This document shows positions 45,533 to 53,394 of a DNA stretch of 64,000 nt, in pieces. Below the pieces are notes generated by a model. That model worked only from the letters and a program-made list of their open reading frames with translations, searched no databases and was not told the origin of the DNA. A program made the translations under genes and the position numbers. How positions within the stretch are numbered: position 1 is the stretch's first letter; each line of letters begins with the position of its first letter. This DNA comes from Candidatus Altimarinota bacterium (GTDB lineage Bacteria > Patescibacteriota > Gracilibacteria > UBA4473), in assembly GCA_018608565.1 (NCBI GenBank), contig JABAZT010000023.1, positions 901 to 64,900 of the forward strand, written 5' to 3'.

Positions 45533-46876
45533 ATGAAATTAAAAATACATCCAGAACTATCAGAAGCCGTCGGGGAAAGAAAAAAGGCATTAGAAAAAGA
45601 TATCAAAGGATGGTGGAAAATTGAATTAAATGGAAAAAATAAATTTGGGAATCAAGCACAATCATTTGCAGATACATGGATGGAGACTCATATTGATGGA
45701 TTATTTGAGATCGAAGAGGAAGAAACAGATGAAGGCGTAAACCTATTTGTATCTATAGAAGAAGAACTAATCGGTCAATTCCTTGGGAAGTTATACGAAC
45801 TCGATCAAGCAGAGACAGATATACAAAAAGCAGAAAGAAACGAATCAGTCCAAATTAATAGAAGTGCTAAGCGATTTCATACAATAGCAGAAATTGATGC
45901 CTATGTGACAGAGAAACAACAGGAATTAGAGGAAGAAAAAAAGAGAGCCGTAACAGGACGAAGAAAAGCCGGAGAAGAACGGAACTCTGCGGAAATAGAA
46001 AAAGAGTTAGAAGCTTTTGCTGATGAAGCCATTCATGTCGTTAAGGAGGAACTCGTAGTAAAACAAACTAAAACACAGGAGGCACGACAATGGCTACAAG
46101 TTATTAAACGAAAAGATATATCGCAGTTCGATCTTTCAGATCCTTCTGCTGCGAAGATTCAGGCAGTATTGGACGGTTTTGCTCAGAAATTTGAAGTATC
46201 CGTGATAAAGATGAAGCCAGTCAGAGAGATACAGGAAGGGAAAAAGAAAACATCAAATGTAAAAATAAGGGTAGCGATGGTAGCAGCAGCAACAGTGGCG
46301 ATGGGAGGAGGAATTGTATATATGAACCAAGGGGATGAAATTTCAGCGGAAGATGATCATCGTTCAACTAAATTAGTAGCCGAGTATCCACCCTATCTAG
46401 AGAGTGATCCAGTGATTATTGTGCCAGGAGGATTTATCCGCGTAGGGGGAACATTGAGTTATGAGGAGAAGGTACGTTTCATGAAAGAATTAGCTGAAAT
46501 TTTAACAGCCGACGATATTGATCCAGAAAGAATTATGAAAGATATAGAGATACAAAAAATAAGAGATACAAAATTTGAGACAACTTATTTGAAGCAAAGA
46601 CAAGAACAAATCATCACCGCCATAGATGCAGATCTGGGTATGGATGAGCTTCATAAACTTGGATATTATCTCTTGGATGATATTGCGTTTATCGATAGAA
46701 AGTCAGAAAAAATAATAAAAACATTGTCAGCTGATGAGGCATTTATGAATTCATCTGACATTGGAAAAAGAATGGTTCGTATCAGTGAGGAATCTGATCG
46801 TGAACAATGTGAAGGAGAGCTCTATAGAGAAATAGGATTTCGAGTGATGAATTACTTCAATCCTAAAAACCAATAA
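45533..46876 (+). CDS. Coiled-coil single-pass membrane protein, paralog 1 of 3 (hypothetical)
   Basis: 447 aa. Shares the N-terminal motif series with the next two ORFs ('DTWMETHIDGLF', 'AKRFHTIAEIDAY', basic patch 'KKRAVTGRRKAGEE'). One TM at aa 245-264 'IRVAMVAAATVAMGGGIVYM'. Confidence 0.75.
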   Translation: MKLKIHPELSEAVGERKKALEKDIKGWWKIELNGKNKFGNQAQSFADTWMETHIDGLFEIEEEETDEGVNLFVSIEEELIGQFLGKLYELDQAETDIQKAERNESVQINRSAKRFHTIAEIDAYVTEKQQELEEEKKRAVTGRRKAGEERNSAEIEKELEAFADEAIHVVKEELVVKQTKTQEARQWLQVIKRKDISQFDLSDPSAAKIQAVLDGFAQKFEVSVIKMKPVREIQEGKKKTSNVKIRVAMVAAATVAMGGGIVYMNQGDEISAEDDHRSTKLVAEYPPYLESDPVIIVPGGFIRVGGTLSYEEKVRFMKELAEILTADDIDPERIMKDIEIQKIRDTKFETTYLKQRQEQIITAIDADLGMDELHKLGYYLLDDIAFIDRKSEKIIKTLSADEAFMNSSDIGKRMVRISEESDREQCEGELYREIGFRVMNYFNPKNQ

Positions 46877-46893
46877 TTACCTAAATCTACCAA

Positions 46894-48540
46894 ATGTCAG
46901 CCGAAAAAGTAAAACAACTCATATCCTCCGTAGAAGAACAGATTGAATCTATGGAGTTGAGCCAAAAAGCGGATGTGAAGAAATATCTACAAAGAGAAAT
47001 CATAAAGCAGACAAATGCGGGAACTAAAACAAAACAATTTGTAGAAGACTGGTTTGTAGACGAGGGGGAAAGACTCTTTGTTGATAGTCTAATCACAGAA
47101 GATTTCGATAATGAATCTGCGACACTAGAACTACAGTATGACCAAGAAGTATTGGCGGAATTTCTAAACCAAGTAGAACAACTCTCTCAAGCCGAGTCAG
47201 AACATGTATCAGCACAATCTAAGAGAAAAGAAGGAGTAACAGTAAAGCTGGCGAGTAGATTTAAATCTATTGAAGAAGCTACAACTCACAAAGATAAAAA
47301 ACTTCCTGAGGTTGAAGGGGAGATTATAGAAGCTAAAAGACTCAAAGGAGATAAAAGAAAGAACGCGCTTGCAAGATTAGAGGCAGAAAAAACCGTGTTG
47401 AAGGGATTAGTGAAAACAGTTGGAGGAAAACTACAAAAGCTAGATCAGTCGTTAGAAGCCGCAGCAGTAAAATTAGAACAAGCTTTAGCAGGAGAGCTAG
47501 AAGAGGATACAGAATTATTAGCTGCAGATTTTATCACCAAGCTTGAACGAAAATTTCCTAAAACAGAGGTGCAGGCTCGTTATCGAGAGATAACCGCAGC
47601 AGAAAAATCTGAAATAGAAGGAACGCTTCAAAAATATATAAAAAATAGATCGGTTCGAGTTTCAGTGGTATTAGTAGCTACTGGGTTAACGATTTTAGGG
47701 TTAGTGCAGTTGTTTAAAAAAGAAGATCCATCTCCAATTCCAGTTCCAGAAAGATCAGGGAATCCGGGAGGATATGCTCTAAGAAGAAATTATGGATTGG
47801 AATCCGGGCGTCAGAAACTAATGGTTCATTATGATCGGGGGGCAAATGTATTATCACTATCGAGACAACTACCTCCTGTGGAGTTAGAAGGAATCAAGCA
47901 GCATATGGCAAAAAAAGAGAAATATTTTAAGCATGATGCTAGAGTCGAAGTAATATCCGAGGTAGAAATAGCTTTAAAATTAAGAAAACCAGATCCTATT
48001 ATTATAAGACAGCTAGGGATGATACAAGGTCAGTTCAAGAGTGCCTCTTTAAATCAAAAAAATAAGAGACTTCTCGAGTTATATAGAGAATCTGGTGGGC
48101 AGAACATAAGCCTAAATAAAGAACTAAAGGATTGGCTCGAGAAAGTTGCCGAACTCGCGGCACTAATAGAGAAAATCTCTAATAAGTTGAAGACCCGAGA
48201 TTATGCGAACGATAGTGAGGTAGTACTAGCTGTCAGTCAGGAAATGATGCAATGGTATGATAAATTAAATACAGAAGAACTTAGTGAGGCTCGTACACAG
48301 GTTCTTATGGAAATTCTAGAGTATCGGAGAATTCCAAAGCCAGCAATGCCACTTCCAGCTGAAATTCGAATAAATGCAGACAAACTAAAGCCTGGAGAAT
48401 TTGCGATAATTAATGCGTATACAAACGCAATGACACTGATTCCACCTTATTTCAATGAAAGAGAAAGACAGGTATTTATCAATAACTATAAACTAACGGT
48501 TTCAGATGCATATGTAGTGATAGAGGGACACGCTAAATAA
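46894..48540 (+). CDS. Coiled-coil single-pass membrane protein, paralog 2 of 3 (hypothetical)
   Basis: 548 aa. 'EDWFVDEGERLF', 'ASRFKSIEEATTH', basic patch 'KRLKGDKRKNA'. TM at aa 254-274 'VRVSVVLVATGLTILGLVQLF'. 17-nt gap to paralog 1. Confidence 0.75.
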   Translation: MSAEKVKQLISSVEEQIESMELSQKADVKKYLQREIIKQTNAGTKTKQFVEDWFVDEGERLFVDSLITEDFDNESATLELQYDQEVLAEFLNQVEQLSQAESEHVSAQSKRKEGVTVKLASRFKSIEEATTHKDKKLPEVEGEIIEAKRLKGDKRKNALARLEAEKTVLKGLVKTVGGKLQKLDQSLEAAAVKLEQALAGELEEDTELLAADFITKLERKFPKTEVQARYREITAAEKSEIEGTLQKYIKNRSVRVSVVLVATGLTILGLVQLFKKEDPSPIPVPERSGNPGGYALRRNYGLESGRQKLMVHYDRGANVLSLSRQLPPVELEGIKQHMAKKEKYFKHDARVEVISEVEIALKLRKPDPIIIRQLGMIQGQFKSASLNQKNKRLLELYRESGGQNISLNKELKDWLEKVAELAALIEKISNKLKTRDYANDSEVVLAVSQEMMQWYDKLNTEELSEARTQVLMEILEYRRIPKPAMPLPAEIRINADKLKPGEFAIINAYTNAMTLIPPYFNERERQVFINNYKLTVSDAYVVIEGHAK

Positions 48541-48551
48541 AGAATTAAAAG

Positions 48552-49790
48552 ATGAAAAGAAGAATCGTAGACCCCGAACATGTGGCTGAACCAGAAGCGC
48601 CAGTATTGGAGCTTCCAAAACATCTCCAAGTCATTTGGGATGTGGTGCGGATTCATGAATTCCGAATAGATCCAATAAGGATCTGGCATACAATACCTAT
48701 AAAGCAAAGAATTAGGGCCGCCCTTAGTACTCAGGGAGAGGAGAGGGAGATAGAGGTGAATGCACAGATAGAATCACTATGTGAAGCCGGAAAGACAAAA
48801 CTTATAGGGAAAATAAAAAAACATTTTAGTGATCAGGTTTCAACGTCAGTCATAAATTGGATAGAGCAACAATCCATACAAAATTTATTTGTAACTACTT
48901 TGGATGTTCAGGAGGGAGTAGATGATAGAATCCCGGGATTGGCGGCACTAGGAATCGATCTAGAGATGAATATGCCAGTGAATCTAGTTATAATGCAGGC
49001 AGTATACCTCGAACAAATGGAGCTTTATATCAAAGAAGAAAAAGGAAAATTTGGAGCCGTAAAAATAAGAAATAAACAATTTAGTTCGATGGAGGCATTT
49101 TATACAGAAAAAAAGCGACTTGAAGTCGAATTAGCGCAGCTAAATGATAGAAAAAAAAGAAGACAAACAGTGCGAAAAAAAGGATCAAAAGGGGATTTAG
49201 ATCGAGAGATAGCAAAAGCAGAGGGGCAGATTTCAGCACTTGGAGCCGATGCTGACTGGGAAGAAGAATTTAAAAAATCAGAATCACTGCAGGAAAAGAT
49301 TCGAGTTTTTGAGGTTGATCTCAAAAGAAATTTACAGGTATTAGAGTCAGGGGTTCTAACTCAAATATTACTAGATAACCCTCCAAAATCAGAAAAAGAT
49401 ATGTTGAGATTTCAGCAGATTTTTGATAATGGAGTTGCAACTGCATACGCATTGCCCGTCGAGTGTTTTGAGGGATTTACCGAGGAACAAGCGTTGTCAC
49501 AAAAAATGAGCGCAATAAGTGTGTCTATTGAGAAAAAAATAGAACAGCATAGAGATCTAAAGCAAATTTTTGAAATGATTGAAGATCTTAATGTGGAGAG
49601 GGGGAAGCGATACGATGCTATGAAGTTTTGGCTCTATATTCATATAATAAAACTAGCATCATTATTAATACTAACATATTCGTTGCCTACCGATACAGAG
49701 GAGGACGATAATACTGGGGATGATTCCAGTCCAGCTAGTATCGAAAGTGTAGAGGGGGTATCACAAGAGTCATCGGTGCTCGAAGAGTAA
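48552..49790 (+). CDS. Coiled-coil membrane protein, paralog 3 of 3 (hypothetical; TM near the C-terminus, acidic tail)
   Basis: 412 aa. 'INWIEQQSIQNLF', 'NKQFSSMEAFYTE', basic patch 'RKKRRQTVRKKGSKGD'. TM at aa 358-378 'FWLYIHIIKLASLLILTYSL'. 11-nt gap to paralog 2. Confidence 0.7.
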   Translation: MKRRIVDPEHVAEPEAPVLELPKHLQVIWDVVRIHEFRIDPIRIWHTIPIKQRIRAALSTQGEEREIEVNAQIESLCEAGKTKLIGKIKKHFSDQVSTSVINWIEQQSIQNLFVTTLDVQEGVDDRIPGLAALGIDLEMNMPVNLVIMQAVYLEQMELYIKEEKGKFGAVKIRNKQFSSMEAFYTEKKRLEVELAQLNDRKKRRQTVRKKGSKGDLDREIAKAEGQISALGADADWEEEFKKSESLQEKIRVFEVDLKRNLQVLESGVLTQILLDNPPKSEKDMLRFQQIFDNGVATAYALPVECFEGFTEEQALSQKMSAISVSIEKKIEQHRDLKQIFEMIEDLNVERGKRYDAMKFWLYIHIIKLASLLILTYSLPTDTEEDDNTGDDSSPASIESVEGVSQESSVLEE

Positions 49791-49802
49791 TAAATCAACT
49801 CT

Positions 49803-50975
49803 CTATACTCGCTCTACAACACAAACTTCTCGGGCTACATAGGCGCCTTCTCGTTCATAAAAAGTCGTAAAATTACCACCAAACGTATGAATCGGTTTAT
49901 AGGAGCTTCCTTTGATCGAGTTAAACAACTGTTGAGAGATAGAGATTTTTCGGAGACCAAAATTCCAGGCAGGAAGACAAAATGCTAATCGTCGAACATT
50001 TGAGCTTTCTAATTTTCCAAAAATATCCTTCCACATATCCATTACCAACTGAGAGTTTTTGTCTATCAGTCCTTGGTCTGGAGCATGGGTAAAATTTTGT
50101 CCGAGCCATCCTTCGGTCGCGATGACACCACTCATATTTTTCCATCCAAGTTCCAGGATGTCAGAAGCCTTGAAGGTTCCTCCTGCTGGATCATACCGGA
50201 ATTTTTCTGCCATTTGTTCAAAATTTCCTTGAGCTTGAGAAGCAAATTCTCCATTGATATCGGATCCGTATGTTTTATAACCAGTTATGGCAGCCTCAAT
50301 GTTGACGGTTCCCGATCCACAAAATGGATCAATCACCGTTTCGTCCCATGTTGGTTGTGCGAGATTGAGGAGTATTTGAGCCAGTTTAGGAGGAAGCATT
50401 CCCATACGTGCATCTCTAAATTCTTTCTTTCGATCTCTTAGTTCGTAGTTTCTTAGGTTTTGGTTCGCTTTTGTTTGTGCTAGAAGATACGAATCACCAT
50501 TTTTCCAGACGATGAGTTCAGTTCCTTTTTTGAGCAGTTTGTCATGGAATATTTTTCCCGAGGTAAGAAGTTCCCCTTTTTGATTCGCGATTCTTACTTT
50601 TCGTTCAGCCGTTCCTGCTTTGGCTTTAAGATCATAGAGCCATTGATTGACCATGTCTTTTTTGACTCCAAATCCAGAGATACCAAGATTCATAGCCCCT
50701 CTTGTCTCTGTTTTATCAATAACTTGTTTCATGGCAGAGAGTAATTCGGCACTAGAAAAGAACTCTCCTACGACTTCCGCCATACGGATGGTTCCACCAA
50801 GTCGATCAAGAAAGATCTGTTCGGGGGATTTTGGAAGATTTCGTGGGTTTTCAAATTTTAGGTTTTCTGCCAAAAGTAAATTCAATTTTGTGTCGTAGTA
50901 AATTTCAGTACACATGGAAGAAAGTTCTGCACGAGAGAGGAGTGGGAGACGACCGAGGACAAGAATGTGGGACAT
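49803..50975 (-). CDS. Class I SAM-dependent methyltransferase (UPF0020/Trm11-RlmL-like RNA methyltransferase by appearance)
   Basis: 'MLPPKLAQILLNLAQPTWDETVIDPFCGSGTVNIEAAITG' matches the substrate-arm plus motif I of UPF0020-type enzymes. The expected (D/N)PP(Y/F) motif IV is not seen, and 'IATEGWLG' occupies that position. Confidence 0.55.
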   Translation of the reverse strand: MSHILVLGRLPLLSRAELSSMCTEIYYDTKLNLLLAENLKFENPRNLPKSPEQIFLDRLGGTIRMAEVVGEFFSSAELLSAMKQVIDKTETRGAMNLGISGFGVKKDMVNQWLYDLKAKAGTAERKVRIANQKGELLTSGKIFHDKLLKKGTELIVWKNGDSYLLAQTKANQNLRNYELRDRKKEFRDARMGMLPPKLAQILLNLAQPTWDETVIDPFCGSGTVNIEAAITGYKTYGSDINGEFASQAQGNFEQMAEKFRYDPAGGTFKASDILELGWKNMSGVIATEGWLGQNFTHAPDQGLIDKNSQLVMDMWKDIFGKLESSNVRRLAFCLPAWNFGLRKISISQQLFNSIKGSSYKPIHTFGGNFTTFYEREGAYVAREVCVVERV

Positions 50976-51067
50976 TGAAAAGTGTTCAAAATTATACGAA
51001 AGAAATAATACCGAGAATCCGTAAAATGTAAAAACGCAATAAAAGATTTAAAAAACAAATAAAAACA

Positions 51068-51076
51068 TGTTATAAT
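51068..51076 (+). promoter_or_regulatory. Consensus extended -10 element (TGtTATAAT) upstream of the efflux operon
   Basis: TG at 51068-51069 and TATAAT at 51071-51076, 31 nt before the ATG at 51108. Confidence 0.45.
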
Positions 51077-51107
51077 AAAACATTAATAGCTAAAAACTAA
51101 GAAAATC

Positions 51108-52808
51108 ATGACAAAGCAGAATAAGAAAATCATTATCAGTCTCGCACTCATACTCTTCTTGGGACTTCTTGTCCGAAGTGTTCTACAAAATAAAAAACCA
51201 AAAGAGGAGGAATTCCTTGAAACAACGGTACAAACAATAGAGGCCGAAACACTGGTATATGGTAACTGGACGCCAGAAGGGAATAGATCAGTTTTAGTTA
51301 CCGTGGAGTCTGACGCTGAGGTTGAAATCAGTGCAGAACTTTCTGGAACTATCGCAAAAGTATATGCAAAAACAGGAGATATTGTTCGGTCTGGTCAAGT
51401 ACTAGCAGAATTTTCTCAATCCTTTGATCAAACGCAGATAAACTATCAAAACACACTGTCGGCTCTAGAAGTAGCAAAAGCCTCAGCTCAAAACTCTGTT
51501 CAGTCCTCACAGATTGGACTGGATACAGCAAGAGTCTCACTTCAACAAGCAAAAGCAACCGAAAGCCAAGGACTTGTTCAAACGTTTGATGGACTTCGTG
51601 CACAAGCAAAAAATACAGAAGCCTCATTTCAGTCAGCGCTAGATTTGCTCGATCAATGGGTCGGATATTCACCACAGTATCGATTTGTATCCGTAAATAG
51701 AGATCCACTAAAGAAAAGAGATTCTGTCCTATTTAATGCACTTTATAAGTCCACTGGAGATCTTTTAAAGCAGCTTCCCAACCTTCCAACTGATCCATAT
51801 GGAGGAGAGAAGGAGCAAGTACTGCGATATGCTGCGTATAGGATTGATTTTGCGACAAAATTACAAGATACATTACTCCAATTTGAAAATCTCGCACAAA
51901 GAGCAATTCTTAGTAGTGCTTTTCCCAAATCTCAAGCAGACAGTCTAGTTACTCTTATTAGATCCCAAAAAAATGGAGTTAACGGAGAAGTAATTGCTCT
52001 CAATAGTTCTTTTGAAAATGCGAGAACCGCATCAGAGCGAAAAAATAGTTCACTCTTAACCGCAGAAAACCAAGTCAAAAGTGCAGAAGCTAATCTTCAG
52101 TTAGCACGAGCAAACGCAGATTCTCAGATTCGTTCAGCTCAAAATCAAGTAAATTCGGCCTATGCTTCAAAATTAGATCTAGTAGTACGAGCTCCATTTG
52201 AGGGGGAAGTTTCACAAAAATTTATAAATGTAGGGCAACAAGTAAGTCCAGGAACTCAGCTCTTTAATGTTATAAACCCAAATAAAAGAAAAAAACTCAT
52301 CGCTTTTCTCACCTTTCCAGAATATCAACGCCTCCAAGCGCAAGAGTCAGTAGAAGTAATTCTTGATGGACAGAATTTTGCCGTCGAGGTTTCTGGTGCT
52401 ACAGCTCGTCTCGATGCTGAAAGTCAAAAAATGAGAGTCGAATTTATCTTGGATCAATCGCAAGAATCAGAAGTACTCGTAGGACAGGTTGGGAAATTAC
52501 AACTACTCAAAGCAAGTATCAAAACGAATGTATTACCATTGTCAGCTATTTCTTTTGAGCCAGATGGTGCAGAAGTATTGATAGTAAATAAAGAAGGGGT
52601 TACGGAGCGAAAAAAAATAATCGTTGGAACACTAGTATCTAATGCACTAGAAATACAAGCAGGGATCGATCCAGGAACACCAGTGATCAAATATAGATCA
52701 AGAACCTATGCAGGGCAGAAGATAAAAATAGATCCAATTATCAAAAACGACGAATCAGAAACTGAAAAAACTATAACTGATAATGCCCAATTAGATGTTA
52801 TCAAGTAA
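51108..52808 (+). CDS. Efflux transporter periplasmic adaptor subunit (HlyD/MFP family), long form
   Basis: N-terminal TM 'IIISLALILFLGLLV', lipoyl-like 'EISAELSGTIAKVYAKTGDIVRSGQVLAEF' paired with 'LVVRAPFEGEVSQKFINVGQQVSPGTQLFNVINP', and a long Q/A/S-rich hairpin between them. Confidence 0.8.
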   Translation: MTKQNKKIIISLALILFLGLLVRSVLQNKKPKEEEFLETTVQTIEAETLVYGNWTPEGNRSVLVTVESDAEVEISAELSGTIAKVYAKTGDIVRSGQVLAEFSQSFDQTQINYQNTLSALEVAKASAQNSVQSSQIGLDTARVSLQQAKATESQGLVQTFDGLRAQAKNTEASFQSALDLLDQWVGYSPQYRFVSVNRDPLKKRDSVLFNALYKSTGDLLKQLPNLPTDPYGGEKEQVLRYAAYRIDFATKLQDTLLQFENLAQRAILSSAFPKSQADSLVTLIRSQKNGVNGEVIALNSSFENARTASERKNSSLLTAENQVKSAEANLQLARANADSQIRSAQNQVNSAYASKLDLVVRAPFEGEVSQKFINVGQQVSPGTQLFNVINPNKRKKLIAFLTFPEYQRLQAQESVEVILDGQNFAVEVSGATARLDAESQKMRVEFILDQSQESEVLVGQVGKLQLLKASIKTNVLPLSAISFEPDGAEVLIVNKEGVTERKKIIVGTLVSNALEIQAGIDPGTPVIKYRSRTYAGQKIKIDPIIKNDESETEKTITDNAQLDVIK

Positions 52809-53394
52809 TTTCAAAGGGTTTACATCAGAACAGGAAGAAGTGATAAGCGCACAATTTTTTGGAAACCAATTGTACTTAAAAATTAAGGATGAAGATGATA
52901 GTTCTGATAAGAACCAAACAGTTCTAGGGGCTCGTTATCAGGATAGAATAGGAGCTGACGGGGGACGTGTTCGTGAGTTTGAGTTTCCATTTTGCGAATG
53001 GGCAGAATATCATCTCATTGCATCAATTGTAAGAGGATCATCCATTATAAGAGAAGAGGCGGAAGATATTTTAGAAGTTTTTGATAAGAATAGGGGAAGA
53101 AGCGAAGTTTTAATACGAAGTAGTATAGAGCAGCAGTATAAAGGGCAGACGTTTTTAGTAACCGATAAAAACAGTTTGTACTATGGTTTTATATTAAAAG
53201 TTATAGATATCGATGAACGGAGTGGGGAAACGAGATTGAGTTTGGGAAGAGCTATAGATACACAAAGACTCAACGAAGTTTTTTCTGAGTTAGAGATTTA
53301 TTTTAAGAATGATTCAGAAAAAATTTTGGCACTCATGGGATTGCGAGAGCATCCACTAATTAAAAATTTATTAAATAAAAATGAAACAAGATAA
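52795..53394 (+). CDS. Hypothetical soluble protein embedded in the efflux operon
   Basis: 199-aa ORF that overlaps the adaptor stop by 14 nt and the pump start by 14 nt. It has no TM segment or signal peptide and no family recognised. Confidence 0.55.
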   Translation: MLSSNFKGFTSEQEEVISAQFFGNQLYLKIKDEDDSSDKNQTVLGARYQDRIGADGGRVREFEFPFCEWAEYHLIASIVRGSSIIREEAEDILEVFDKNRGRSEVLIRSSIEQQYKGQTFLVTDKNSLYYGFILKVIDIDERSGETRLSLGRAIDTQRLNEVFSELEIYFKNDSEKILALMGLREHPLIKNLLNKNETR

